In this document: positions 47,893-57,986 of the stretch, piece by piece
Numbering within the stretch: position 1 is the first letter of the stretch
Layout: every line of letters starts with the position of its first letter
DNA from: Cytophagales bacterium
GTDB lineage: Bacteria > Bacteroidota > Bacteroidia > Cytophagales > Spirosomataceae
NCBI GenBank assembly: GCA_031411995.1
Contig: JANOCD010000057.1
Coordinates: 28,461-92,460, forward strand
Reading direction: 5' to 3'
Length of the DNA: 64,000 nt
Notes under the pieces: model-generated
The model's database searches: none
What the model was told of the DNA's origin: nothing
What the model saw: only the letters and a program-made list of their open reading frames with translations
Translations under genes and position numbers: made by a program

Positions 47893-48756
47893 TTAGTGGG
47901 GCAACATCACCCGCAAAGCCCCCGGCCTGATCTCCGCGTCGATTTCGTTGATGCGGCCCCGGTATTCGCCATCCACCTGGAAATAGGCTTTTCGTTTGGT
48001 CGTAATGTGAATAGATTTGGCGTGAATTACCTCCGTTTTGACAGGGTCGTAGGGTTTGAATCGCCAGAACATTTTCAGAAATTCAGTCCACGAAAATTGG
48101 CGGAGCAAGACTACCTCAAACTTGCCATCGCTCATGTCGCCATCGGGGTTGATCATGGCTCCCGTACCATACATGCGGGCATTGGCGAGGGCCACCATCA
48201 CGCCTTCACGGTGGAACTCCTGGTGGGGGGTGCAAATAGTCACGTCCAGCACCCGTTTGCGCAACAACACCCGAGCCACGCCCCGCGCATAGCCAACCAT
48301 GCCGCGCCAGTTGTTCTGTTTGTAATATTTGATAAGTTGCGCGTTCAGGCCAATGTCGCTTAGGTGCAGGCAAACTTCCCCATTCACCATCAGCACGTCA
48401 ATAGGGTGTTCCGCGCCGTGGGCCACCACCTGCAGCGCGCCAGCTAAGTCGGTGGGTAGTTCCAACTCACGGGCCATGCCGTTGGCCGAGCCGCCCGGCA
48501 AAATTCCCAATGGCAGGTTCACATCGAGGGCCACTTCGGCCAGATCCTTAATGGTTCCGTCGCCACCCATGGCCACCAGACGGTCGGGTTTCCCAGTGCG
48601 AACATGATCGCGGATCAGGGCATGATCCGATTTTCCGGTGAGCATCACCAGATCGAGGTCGATGTTTTCCTGCTCGCAAAAGGCCCTGATTTGGGCAACA
48701 GACTCAGTTTTATCGGTTCCGCCCGACACAGGGTTAACGGCCACTAACAGTTTCAT
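47893..48756 (-). CDS. Diacylglycerol kinase (YegS/DAGK) family protein
   Basis: NPVSGG, GGDGT, PGGSANGMA, YGTG, DGKFEV, QVDGE; start trimmed to MKLLV. Confidence 0.9.
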   Translation of the reverse strand: MKLLVAVNPVSGGTDKTESVAQIRAFCEQENIDLDLVMLTGKSDHALIRDHVRTGKPDRLVAMGGDGTIKDLAEVALDVNLPLGILPGGSANGMARELELPTDLAGALQVVAHGAEHPIDVLMVNGEVCLHLSDIGLNAQLIKYYKQNNWRGMVGYARGVARVLLRKRVLDVTICTPHQEFHREGVMVALANARMYGTGAMINPDGDMSDGKFEVVLLRQFSWTEFLKMFWRFKPYDPVKTEVIHAKSIHITTKRKAYFQVDGEYRGRINEIDAEIRPGALRVMLPH

Positions 48757-48771
48757 TGGCTTTTTGGTTGA

Positions 48772-49836
48772 ATGGCTATGGAGTACACGACACAAACACA
48801 CTTAACGGATAAACCCAATTCTGGTCCGACTGTCGGCTGGAAAGCCACTTTTTTATCGTGGCTACGATTAACCGACGACATTACGGTTCGGGTATATCGG
48901 GGTTTTGGGCATACAGATTGCTGGCATGTGCAGGGGCATGTGTTTAAATTGAGTCCCCTTGCCCGCCGAAAATACCGACAAAATGTCTTTACCAACACTT
49001 TCGCGTTGCTGCGCCTGTTCATGGTTCGGCCCATGCCCGGCCGAACGGTTCGGGTGGCCGGCACAAACCAGGTGATGCAAACCGATGCCGACGGTTTCTT
49101 CCGGTTCGAGTTTCGCCCCGAAACTCCCGGAAGCCCCGGCTGGAACCCTGTTAACGTCGAATTATTGACCGACAACAGCCCCTCTGCCACCGTTTTGGCC
49201 ACGGGAGAGGGCCGCGTTCTGGTGCCATATCCCACCCAATACGGGTTCATTTCCGACATCGACGACACGTTTCTGATCTCGCATTCAGCCACCATTGTCA
49301 AGCGGCTCCAAGTGCTGCTCACCGAAAATGCCCAAAGCCGCGACCCCTTCGAGGGGGTGGTGAATCATTACCAGTTTCTGGCGAAAGCCTGCGCGGTGGA
49401 AGGACACCAGAACCCGTTTTTCTACGTATCGAGCAGCGAGTGGAACCTATACGACTACATCAAAACCTTTTCGGAACGCAACGAGCTACCCGATGGAGTG
49501 TTTTTGCTGAGTCAGCTCAAACGCCTGTCGCAACTCCTGAAAACGGGTCAGGGCAAGCACCACACCAAGCTCGACCGGATTGTGCGCATTCTGAAAGCCT
49601 TTCCCGATCATCAGTTCGTACTCCTCGGCGACGATACGCAAGCCGACCCAACCATCTACCGGGATGTAGTGAAGCACTATGCCGGCCAGATCAAGGCGGT
49701 TTACATCCGGCAAGTTCATGCCCCAAACCGCGACCGCACCCGCGCTCTAGTGTCCCAAATCGAAGCGGCAGGCATACCCTGTTGTTATTTTTCCCACAGC
49801 AGCGACGCACTCAAGCATTCAAAAGAGTTGCTATGA
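48772..49836 (+). CDS. App1-family phosphatidate phosphatase (DUF2183)
   Basis: ISDIDDT, FFYVSSSEWNLY, LLGDDTQADP, YIRQV. Confidence 0.88.
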   Translation: MAMEYTTQTHLTDKPNSGPTVGWKATFLSWLRLTDDITVRVYRGFGHTDCWHVQGHVFKLSPLARRKYRQNVFTNTFALLRLFMVRPMPGRTVRVAGTNQVMQTDADGFFRFEFRPETPGSPGWNPVNVELLTDNSPSATVLATGEGRVLVPYPTQYGFISDIDDTFLISHSATIVKRLQVLLTENAQSRDPFEGVVNHYQFLAKACAVEGHQNPFFYVSSSEWNLYDYIKTFSERNELPDGVFLLSQLKRLSQLLKTGQGKHHTKLDRIVRILKAFPDHQFVLLGDDTQADPTIYRDVVKHYAGQIKAVYIRQVHAPNRDRTRALVSQIEAAGIPCCYFSHSSDALKHSKELL

Positions 49837-49906
49837 ACGCTTTGCGGTAAATCTCGCTCCCGGTAGTCTTTGTCTGTATGTTCACAGATAATCGTTTCGA
49901 CCTTTT

Positions 49907-51757
49907 ATGACCGCTCCTTTTCGCCTTGCCATACTTTTCATTTTTAGCCTGTTTGTCTCCCTTGCCAATGCCCAGACCGATCATCTGGCGACTGTAACGT
50001 CCGTGCGGGCGCACCCCCGCATTTTACTGGCTCCGGGGCAGGAAAAGATCATTACCCAAACCATTGCAAGCGATAAACTGGCTCAGAAAATGCACCAGGC
50101 CATCTTGGCCGAATGCGATAAGATGATCGGTTTGGCCCCGCAGGAGCGCATCAAAATTGGCAAACGGCTCCTGAGTGTGTCGCGGGAAGCGTTGCGACGC
50201 TTATTTTTCCTGTCGTATGCCTACCGGATGAGCGGAGATGAAAAATACAGCAAACGCGCCGAACAGGAGATGCTGGCCGTGGCCGCTTTTTCGGACTGGA
50301 ACCCCTCGCACTTTCTCGATGTGGGCGAAATGACGATGGCCATGGCCATTGGCTATGACTGGCTCTACGACAAACTCCCCGAAACCTCACGCGACCAAAT
50401 AAAAGCTGCCATTCAGCAGAAAGGTATTGATGCCTCGCTGGTTCAGGGACAAAACGGCTGGCTCAAAGTGACTAACAACTGGAATCAGGTGTGCAACGCG
50501 GGCATGGTATATGGTGCAATGGCCACCTACGAAGACAATCCCGAACAAGCCAAAAGTATCATTAACCGCGCCCTCAACTCCGTCGTGTTGTCGATGGGCG
50601 AATACGCCCCCGACGGTGCTTACCCCGAAGGGTACAGCTATTGGGGATACGGTACGAGTTTCAATGTCATGCTGATTTCTGCCCTCGAAAACCTGTTCGG
50701 GTCCAGCTTCGGCCTGACCGAACAACCGGGTTTTCTGAAAACGGGAGGCTATCTGGAAAACATGACCGGCCCATCGGGTCTGCCCTTCAATTACTCCGAT
50801 GCCGGGGGCCGCGACGAATTACAACCGGCCATGTTCTGGTTTGCTCAACGCCAGAAAAACCCGTCGTTGTTATGGGTAGAACGTGGCCGGATTGGGGACG
50901 ATGATCTAAAAGAAGACCTCAAAAACCGGTTATTACCCGCCATGATGCTTTGGCTTGGCAATCAGAACCTAAGTAACGTGACAGCCCCCAAAGCCACTAC
51001 CTGGATGGGCAAAGGTCGGAATCCGGTTGCCCTGATGCGCACCTCCTGGACTGACCCCAACGCTATTTTTGTGGGAATAAAAGGCGGCAGCCCGTCGGTG
51101 AGCCACGCCCACATGGATGCCGGTACGTTTGTGATGGAGTCCGACGGCGTGCGTTGGGCGATGGATTTCGGGATGCAGAACTACGAATCGCTCGAATCGA
51201 AAAAGGTCGATCTGTGGAATATGAAGCAAAACTCGCAACGCTGGGAGGTGTTCCGGTATAACAATCTGGCGCATAATACGCTCACAGTCAACGGTCAGTT
51301 TCAGCGGGTCGAAGGAAAGGCAACCATCACAAATTTCTCGGATTCGCCTAACCAAATGAGCGCGTCGGTCAATTTGAGTGAGTTATATGCCGGTGCCCTG
51401 ACCTCGGCCAACCGAAACATCGCCATCATCAACAAAGAGTCGGTCAGGGTTCACGACGAGGTCGAAACAGCCGGCGAACCCGCTATGGTCCGCTGGACAA
51501 TGGCCACGCCCGCCATTGTCAAACTGGTTTCGCCCAACGTAGCCGAACTAACCAAAGACGGAAAAACGCTGCTCGTCCGGGTTGACGCACCTGCTCAAAT
51601 CACCCTCAAAACCTGGCCCACCGACCCCGTCCACGACTACGACGCAACAAACCCCGGCACCACACTGCTTGGGTTCGAGATAACGGTTCCGGCCAAAACA
51701 AAAGCCGCTTTAACGGTACAGTTGATTCCGGCGAAGGCAGCCAACGGAAAGAAATGA
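49907..51757 (+). CDS. Heparinase II/III-like polysaccharide lyase
   Basis: Signal peptide; HPRIL, HFLDVGE, NNWNQVC, YPEGYSYW, HAHMDAG, AHNTL. Confidence 0.85.
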   Translation: MTAPFRLAILFIFSLFVSLANAQTDHLATVTSVRAHPRILLAPGQEKIITQTIASDKLAQKMHQAILAECDKMIGLAPQERIKIGKRLLSVSREALRRLFFLSYAYRMSGDEKYSKRAEQEMLAVAAFSDWNPSHFLDVGEMTMAMAIGYDWLYDKLPETSRDQIKAAIQQKGIDASLVQGQNGWLKVTNNWNQVCNAGMVYGAMATYEDNPEQAKSIINRALNSVVLSMGEYAPDGAYPEGYSYWGYGTSFNVMLISALENLFGSSFGLTEQPGFLKTGGYLENMTGPSGLPFNYSDAGGRDELQPAMFWFAQRQKNPSLLWVERGRIGDDDLKEDLKNRLLPAMMLWLGNQNLSNVTAPKATTWMGKGRNPVALMRTSWTDPNAIFVGIKGGSPSVSHAHMDAGTFVMESDGVRWAMDFGMQNYESLESKKVDLWNMKQNSQRWEVFRYNNLAHNTLTVNGQFQRVEGKATITNFSDSPNQMSASVNLSELYAGALTSANRNIAIINKESVRVHDEVETAGEPAMVRWTMATPAIVKLVSPNVAELTKDGKTLLVRVDAPAQITLKTWPTDPVHDYDATNPGTTLLGFEITVPAKTKAALTVQLIPAKAANGKK

Positions 51758-51767
51758 TTTGTACAAA

Positions 51768-53066
51768 TCACCGCAACATTGCATAAACGCCCAGATACGT
51801 TATGGCTCCGGCAAGATACCCGATGAGAGCCAGCCAACTGATTTTGCGGAAATACCAGAGGAAATCGAGCCGCTCCATGCCCATGACAGCCACGCCTGCC
51901 GCTGACCCGATAATGAGGATACTGCCGCCTGTTCCGGCGCAGTAGGCCAGAAACTCCCACAACTTGCTGTCGGGGGGGTAAGTCTCGAGGTCATACATGC
52001 CCATCGCTGCGGCCACAATCGGCACGTTATCAACCACCGCCGACACCAGGCCAATCAGCACCACAATCAGGTCGATGTCGCCAACGGTGTTATTCAGCGA
52101 CCCGGCCAGGCTCCGCAACACACCCGTGGCTTCGAGGGAGCCAACCGCCAGCAAAATGCCGAGGAAGAACAAAATGCTTGGTGCGTCGATTTGGCTGAGG
52201 GCGTATGCGGGGGTCAGCGGTTCTTTTTCGGCCTCGTCTTTGTCTTTATGAATCACCTCCGAAGCCACCCAAATCCCCCCCAGTACCAGCATCATACCCA
52301 TGTAGGGCGGCAGGCCAGTCAGGGCTTTGAAAATCGGGACGTAGAGCATACCGCCCAAACCAATGGCCAACATCAGCCGACGGTCGCGCCGGGCGGTTTT
52401 GCTCACATAGGGGCGGCTAACTCCTTCTTCGTCCGCCGAGGGGTCAAAAGCGGTAGTTCCCGATGGAGTCTGGTAGGTCAGGATAGCCAACGGCACCAAA
52501 ATCGACACCAAACTGGGCAACAACAGGGTTTTGATAATGTTGATGGTCGTAACCTGCCCCCCGATCCAGAGCATGGTTGTGGTTACATCACCAATGGGCG
52601 ACCAGGCTCCTCCCGCATTGGCCGCAATAATAATCATCCCGGCCATCACCCGCCGTTGTTCTGGGTTGTGAACCAGCTTCCGGGCCACCGACACCATAAC
52701 AATCGCCGTGGTCAGGTTGTCTAATAAAGCCGATAGAAAAAAAGCCAGGCCGCTAATGATCCAGAGCAGCGTACGCGTGTTTCGGCTGGCAATGCGGTCG
52801 GTGATGAGGGTGAAGCCATCGTGAGCGTCGATGAGTTCGACCACCGTCATGGCACCCAGCAAAAAGAACAGGATTTCGGCAGTATGGCTCAGGTTTTCGG
52901 TAAGGTGTTCACCTACGGGTTCGCCCGCCGGGGCCATCAGGGCATAGACCGCCCAGCACACCACGCCCGTAATGAGCGCGGTGGCTGTTTTATTAATGTT
53001 GATGGTGTGTTCAAGCGTAATCAGCACATAGCCAATCACGAACAAGAGAATAAGAATGGTGGTCAT
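51768..53066 (-). CDS. nhaD: NhaD-family Na+/H+ antiporter
   Basis: FFLSALLDNLTT, ANAGGAWSPIGDVTT, VDNVP, GTGGSILIIGSAAGV. Confidence 0.92.
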   Translation of the reverse strand: MTTILILLFVIGYVLITLEHTININKTATALITGVVCWAVYALMAPAGEPVGEHLTENLSHTAEILFFLLGAMTVVELIDAHDGFTLITDRIASRNTRTLLWIISGLAFFLSALLDNLTTAIVMVSVARKLVHNPEQRRVMAGMIIIAANAGGAWSPIGDVTTTMLWIGGQVTTINIIKTLLLPSLVSILVPLAILTYQTPSGTTAFDPSADEEGVSRPYVSKTARRDRRLMLAIGLGGMLYVPIFKALTGLPPYMGMMLVLGGIWVASEVIHKDKDEAEKEPLTPAYALSQIDAPSILFFLGILLAVGSLEATGVLRSLAGSLNNTVGDIDLIVVLIGLVSAVVDNVPIVAAAMGMYDLETYPPDSKLWEFLAYCAGTGGSILIIGSAAGVAVMGMERLDFLWYFRKISWLALIGYLAGAITYLGVYAMLR

Positions 53067-54490
53067 TCATCATTATATTTTATTCCCAGCATCACCCCGG
53101 CATAAATATCCGTTCCGCGTGGACGAACGCCATTTTGCCGACTACCGAGCAAGCCCGGCAGATTGTCGGAGCCCAACCGCACCGGCCCTGCTTTGAGTGA
53201 TAGTCCAATGGCAACGCCCCGATTAATGTAGGTCAGGGGCAAAGCTACGCCAACGAGCCGGGTTTCGTAGCGCGGCACCACACTTAGGAGGGTTGGTTGC
53301 CGCACCGACGGATCATCGGCTCCCCGCATATTTTGCAGGTAAACAGCACTTATTCCCATGCGTGGGTTCAGTTGATAGTCGGCGGTGACGTTGAGCGAAG
53401 TGGGCAACCCCACCCGAAACGCCGACGGAGCAGCATCGGCCAGAATCCCCAACCGGTTCCGAATAACAGTGGCAACCTGCTCAAAACTACCGGCGTTGGT
53501 TGTGTTGAAATCACTGTTTTCAAACCGCACGTTGCGCTGATTAACATCATATACCTCACCCCAATAGGTTAAACTACCAAAATCGGTGATAGCCAGGCCA
53601 AGCTGCAAACTCGACTCACTATCAGCGGGTTGTAGCATTAGTGAGAGACCAATATCAGCTCCCATCCCGTTGCCGGGGGCATTGCGCGACAGTAATGTTC
53701 TGGCTCTCAGCCGACGGTTTTGAAGAAAGGTTGTATAGGCCAAATCTGCATTCACCTGCGACACCACCAATGCGGGTTGACCGTTGACACCCGTGCCCGC
53801 TTCTAAAGTATAATCCAGTCCCCGATTCACAAACGTACCCGCCGAATAACCCCGCAAGTACTTCACCGTCAAGCCGCCCGACAGCCGGACTCCATCCAGA
53901 TCAATCAGTGTTTTGGCATACGACACAGCCAATTCGGCATAGGCATTGGTATTGACTCCAAACTGATTATCGCGACTTGGAACGCTGAACAACGACGACG
54001 AATTCAAACTCGACCGCAGGGCCGACAACAGTTGTTCTGAGGCTCCGGTAATCTGGCCAATACCCCGGAATCGACTCGAAAACGTGAGTACGCCCGCCGT
54101 TTCGCCCAGTTTCATTTGCAGGGCCGGGCCCCGCAAATCACCCCAAAGGGTAGCGTTTTTAGGCTTGCCATCTAAAATTTCTGTAGTGTAATCCGGCTCA
54201 AACAGAATATTCCCGTTGTCTCGCCGATAACGGGCAGGAACGTTGCCTGTAAACAGCGTCAGTAACGAAAAGGGAGCTTGATAACGAACGTAGTTATTAT
54301 CGACATGCAGGTTGGCTGCGCCGAGATTCACAAAGAACCGGTGGGGTGTTTCGGCGGCCAAAGCCGGGTTCAGATAGGTGCGGTGAGTGCCACCGTTGGG
54401 GCTGGTAGACAGTCCCAAAAAATTTTGAGCCGGACTTACCATCGTGTAAAACGATAGTAAAACCGGCCCCAACCATTTTATATAGCTCAT
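53063..54490 (-). CDS. DUF5723-family outer-membrane protein
   Basis: Signal peptide, NPA, KYLRG, DIG, DFGS, LPTSL, GSDN motifs; beta-barrel pattern. Confidence 0.75.
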   Translation of the reverse strand: MSYIKWLGPVLLSFYTMVSPAQNFLGLSTSPNGGTHRTYLNPALAAETPHRFFVNLGAANLHVDNNYVRYQAPFSLLTLFTGNVPARYRRDNGNILFEPDYTTEILDGKPKNATLWGDLRGPALQMKLGETAGVLTFSSRFRGIGQITGASEQLLSALRSSLNSSSLFSVPSRDNQFGVNTNAYAELAVSYAKTLIDLDGVRLSGGLTVKYLRGYSAGTFVNRGLDYTLEAGTGVNGQPALVVSQVNADLAYTTFLQNRRLRARTLLSRNAPGNGMGADIGLSLMLQPADSESSLQLGLAITDFGSLTYWGEVYDVNQRNVRFENSDFNTTNAGSFEQVATVIRNRLGILADAAPSAFRVGLPTSLNVTADYQLNPRMGISAVYLQNMRGADDPSVRQPTLLSVVPRYETRLVGVALPLTYINRGVAIGLSLKAGPVRLGSDNLPGLLGSRQNGVRPRGTDIYAGVMLGIKYNDE

Positions 54491-54563
54491 GCGAAAGGGC
54501 GTTGATTAGTCAAATAACGCACTTCAACATGGATAGTCCCTGATTTATGAGCAAAAGGCGCGT

Positions 54564-55166
54564 TTAAACCCCTTCGGCTTCCACTAATTTCACTTCGGGC
54601 ACAAGGCGCGTCATCAGGTTTTCGATACCTGCTTTCAGCGTCAGGGTCGACGATGGGCACCCACTACATGACCCCTGCAACAGCACTTTCACAGTGCCAT
54701 TTTCTGGGTCAAAGGAATGAAAACTAATGGCTCCCCCATCAGATTCAACCGCCGGGCGAACGTACTGATCCAAAACCGCTTTGATCTTTTGCACCGTTTC
54801 TGAGTCAGCATCCACAATGGTAGTGTTAGCCTCCATTGTGCGCTGGGCAAAAACAGGTTTCTGATCCTCAAAATATTCTTTCAGAAACTGCTTCAGCTCA
54901 AACATGACCTCGTCCCAATCGGTCGCTTCGTTCTTGGTAATGGTTACGAAGTTGCTGGCAATGAATACCCGCGTCACAAAGTCGAACCCAAACAGGGCCA
55001 CCGCCAACGGCGACGACTTTCCTTCGAGCAAAGTCTCACCGGGTTCGGCATAATCAAACGACAGACCATCGGGAGCCAGCTCAACATTCAGTACGAACTT
55101 CATGGAGTTCGGGTTGGGGTTCTGCTGGGCAAAAATCGAAATCGGACGGCGGAGTAACGTGTTCAT
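54564..55166 (-). CDS. NifU/NfuA-family Fe-S scaffold or carrier
   Basis: Nfu_N domain PNPNSMKF; C-terminal GSCSGCPSS (CxxC), TLKAGIE. Confidence 0.92.
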   Translation of the reverse strand: MNTLLRRPISIFAQQNPNPNSMKFVLNVELAPDGLSFDYAEPGETLLEGKSSPLAVALFGFDFVTRVFIASNFVTITKNEATDWDEVMFELKQFLKEYFEDQKPVFAQRTMEANTTIVDADSETVQKIKAVLDQYVRPAVESDGGAISFHSFDPENGTVKVLLQGSCSGCPSSTLTLKAGIENLMTRLVPEVKLVEAEGV

Positions 55167-55210
55167 GTTTTCTTAACAGCCCCCAACTTTTTTTAGTTGC
55201 TGACAACACC

Positions 55211-55242
55211 AAAAACCCGTCCTGCTGGTTGGCAAGACGGGT
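55211..55242 (-). terminator. Intrinsic terminator after rpmA
   Basis: Minus strand aacccgtc...gacgggttttt. Confidence 0.75.
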
Positions 55243-55265
55243 TCCTGAAAAATCGAGTATCGGAA

Positions 55266-55559
55266 TTAAGCCGCTGCTACGGGAGCAACAACCTCAGCCG
55301 AAGGGCCTGCGGGCAGAATGTCCACGTATGACCGCTTGTTACGCCCCGGACGGAACTTCACCTCACCATCAACGAGGGCGAACAATGTGTGGTCTTTACC
55401 CAGACCTACGTTCACGCCGGGGTGATGCACCGTTCCGCGCTGACGAACAATAATATTACCGGCAATGGCCTTTTGGCCGCCGAAGAGTTTTACACCCAAT
55501 CGTTTACTGATCGAGTCGCGGCCGTTCCTTGAACTACCTACACCTTTCTTGTGTGCCAT
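55266..55559 (-). CDS. rpmA: 50S ribosomal protein L27
   Basis: [30 protein letters not shown]. Confidence 0.98.
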   Translation of the reverse strand: MAHKKGVGSSRNGRDSISKRLGVKLFGGQKAIAGNIIVRQRGTVHHPGVNVGLGKDHTLFALVDGEVKFRPGRNKRSYVDILPAGPSAEVVAPVAAA

Positions 55560-55566
55560 GATTTAT

Positions 55567-55884
55567 TTACAGCGTAATGTCTTCGATTTGCAATTTGGTC
55601 AGATACTGACGGTGACCGTTTTTCTTTTTGTAGCCTTTCCGACGTTTTTTCTTGAAGATGATTACTTTTTCACCTTTCAGATGTTCGAGGATTTTGGCTG
55701 AAACGGATGCGCCTTCAACAACGGGCGCGCCAACCGAGATGGTTCCTTCGTTATCAACGAGAAGAATTTTCACCTGGTCGGATGCAAGCACAGCGTCCAC
55801 ATCGCCCGCCAATCTGTGGGTATAGATTGAGCGACCTTTTTGGATCTTAAACTGCTGTCCTGCGATCTCTACGATTGCGTACAT
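55567..55884 (-). CDS. rplU: 50S ribosomal protein L21
   Basis: MYAIVEIAGQQFK, FKKKRRKGY, GHRQ. Confidence 0.98.
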   Translation of the reverse strand: MYAIVEIAGQQFKIQKGRSIYTHRLAGDVDAVLASDQVKILLVDNEGTISVGAPVVEGASVSAKILEHLKGEKVIIFKKKRRKGYKKKNGHRQYLTKLQIEDITL

Positions 55885-55913
55885 GATTTGTGTATGACTT
55901 GAAAATGAGGGTG

Positions 55914-55944
55914 CAAAGGTACTGATTTATTTATGGAGACGCAA
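55914..55944 (-). promoter_or_regulatory. Bacteroidota primary-sigma promoter of rplU-rpmA
   Basis: Minus strand TTG-N20-TACCTTTG. Confidence 0.7.
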
Positions 55945-55997
55945 TCCTTTGCGGCTAATTTCCGCATGGTTTATGCATCGATTTTTGACGAGGTAAA

Positions 55998-56597
55998 CTA
56001 TAAAATTGTTCCCTTGTCCGGAACCCGGCCTTCATTCACAAAATCATCGACCAGTTGCTGGGCTTTGCGATAGGATGTTTCCAGATCGTCGTTAACCAAA
56101 ACGACATCGAACCGATCCTGAAAACTCATCTCGAAGTGAACCTTAAACAGGCGTTTCGACAGGCTGTCTTCGGTTTCAGTGCCGCGTCCAATCAGGCGTT
56201 GACGGAGGGTTTCTTCGTCGGGTACGCGCACAAAAACGGCAAGAGCTTTATCACCATAATAGTCTTTCAGTTTCAGCCCACCCTGCACATCCACATCGAA
56301 CAATACGTGCTTACCACTGGCCCAAAGCCGCTCGATCTCCGATTTCAGGGTGCCATAAAAAGCCCCTACATACACCTCTTCCCACTCCACAAACTCGTTG
56401 TTGTCGATCTTTTGTTTGAACTCATCGGGGGTCAGAAAGTAGTAGTCTTTGCCGTTTTGTTCGGCGCGGCCACGGCGGTCGCGGGTGCAGGCCGAAATAG
56501 AAAAGCCGAGATTGGTGTTCTCGGCTAATAAGTGTCTGACGATGGTCGTCTTGCCCGACCCGGAGGGGGCAGAGAAAATGATAAGCTTACCGTCCAA
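55998..56597 (-). CDS. gmk: Guanylate kinase
   Basis: [33 protein letters not shown]. Confidence 0.96.
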   Translation of the reverse strand: MDGKLIIFSAPSGSGKTTIVRHLLAENTNLGFSISACTRDRRGRAEQNGKDYYFLTPDEFKQKIDNNEFVEWEEVYVGAFYGTLKSEIERLWASGKHVLFDVDVQGGLKLKDYYGDKALAVFVRVPDEETLRQRLIGRGTETEDSLSKRLFKVHFEMSFQDRFDVVLVNDDLETSYRKAQQLVDDFVNEGRVPDKGTIL

Positions 56598-56613
56598 AAG
56601 TATAAAGGGGTAT

Positions 56614-56672
56614 AAAGCAAAAGCGGAGAAAGGAATAGTTAAAACTAGTCCCTTTCTCCGCTTTTTGGCTTT
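56614..56672. repeat. Inverted repeat / terminator-like hairpin between anti-sigma and gmk
   Basis: aaaagcggagaaagg ... cctttctccgcttttt. Confidence 0.65.
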
Positions 56673-56949
56673 AGCTAAATTGTAAAATTCTCGTTTTAAT
56701 GCTGGCCACCAATTGTTCCGGACAACACTTTTTTTCCATCTTGCCGCTTAACAATTCCTTGATTTCCTTCTCTAAATGATACATTTTGATGCAGGGCTGG
56801 CAAGTGTGCAGGTTGTTTCGGAGCTTCTCAATCTGCTGTTCAGTAGCTTCTCCATCCACAATTAATTGGATCATCTTCAGGCAATCTGCCTGGTGGTCAC
56901 AGTGCTCTTTCATAGTGCCCGGAGCTGACGATGGCAACGACGTTTGCAT
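56671..56949 (-). CDS. Zinc-binding anti-sigma factor (ZAS-like)
   Basis: Downstream of ECF sigma; HCDHQADC and LHTCQPC motifs. Confidence 0.8.
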   Translation of the reverse strand: MQTSLPSSAPGTMKEHCDHQADCLKMIQLIVDGEATEQQIEKLRNNLHTCQPCIKMYHLEKEIKELLSGKMEKKCCPEQLVASIKTRILQFS

Positions 56950-57029
56950 TGGAAAAATTTAATTTATTCCAAAAATAATATTACGTTAAGTTGAAGGGAG
57001 AACCAATTTCTGGTTCAGAAAAGTTCGGG

Positions 57030-57740
57030 CTACTCTTCATTTTCTTCTTTATATCCCATAGATGCTGCATAGTCGCGCAGTTTCTCTTTCAGCAGGTTAC
57101 GGGCGCGGTGTAAACGCGAACGAACTGTGCCTATTGGAATATCGAGGATCTTAGCCATTTCTTCGTAAGTAAACCCTTCAATATCGCAAAGGATAATCAC
57201 CGTCCGAAAGTCAACCGGCAATGAATTCAGTGCCGTGGCCACTTCGTCGCCAATCAAATCCGAAACCGATTCGGCCCGAAGGTCAACCGTGTGCTCTGTC
57301 TCGGCATCTTCCGAATTATAGGTCGTTTCAACGTCCTGATAATCGACTTTTGCCGGTTCTTTGCTTTTTTTCCGGTAATCGTTGATGAAGCTGTTCTTCA
57401 AGATGCGGAACAACCATGCTTTGGCGTTGGTTCCTTGCTCAAAGGACGAAATGAATCGGAATGCCTTCAAATACGTATCCTGCACGAGGTCGTTGGCATC
57501 GTCCTCGTCCATGGTGAGCCTGAAGGCAAAATTGTACATGGAGTCTATGTGGGGCATAAACTCCTTGTTAAAAACCTGGTATTTCTGCTCGTCGGTGTAT
57601 CGGCGTGCGGGAGTCTCTGTCGACGTTTGGTCGGCAGAAACATCCTCCGGCAGTATTTGCTCCGATCCGGTTAGGCCTTTGTTCCGGTTCCGGTCGTCGC
57701 TGGTAGGCGTATCTGACATAACTTCGTGTATGGTCGCCAT
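57030..57740 (-). CDS. ECF sigma factor (SigH/SigR-like)
   Basis: DANDLVQDTYLKAF, AWLFRILKNSFIN, YEEMAKILDIPIGTVRSRLHRAR. Confidence 0.93.
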   Translation of the reverse strand: MATIHEVMSDTPTSDDRNRNKGLTGSEQILPEDVSADQTSTETPARRYTDEQKYQVFNKEFMPHIDSMYNFAFRLTMDEDDANDLVQDTYLKAFRFISSFEQGTNAKAWLFRILKNSFINDYRKKSKEPAKVDYQDVETTYNSEDAETEHTVDLRAESVSDLIGDEVATALNSLPVDFRTVIILCDIEGFTYEEMAKILDIPIGTVRSRLHRARNLLKEKLRDYAASMGYKEENEE

Positions 57741-57986
57741 AAAATTACAAGTTTTTGTCGTTTACTGTCAGTGCCATTCTGATAAACTACGTACCACCAG
57801 TTTAGGATGTGCTGTAATTGTCAATCAGTTGCCTGATTATAAATTAGTTAAAAGACCGGCCTTGCTATATCGTTGGCTACAAAGAAATAAAATTGCCGAT
57901 CACCTATTGACTGCAAAAATTAGTCCTTTGTTCAAAATATGGGATGGAAGGCAAAAAAGCTGTCAATTCGGCAGAATCTTTAGAAA

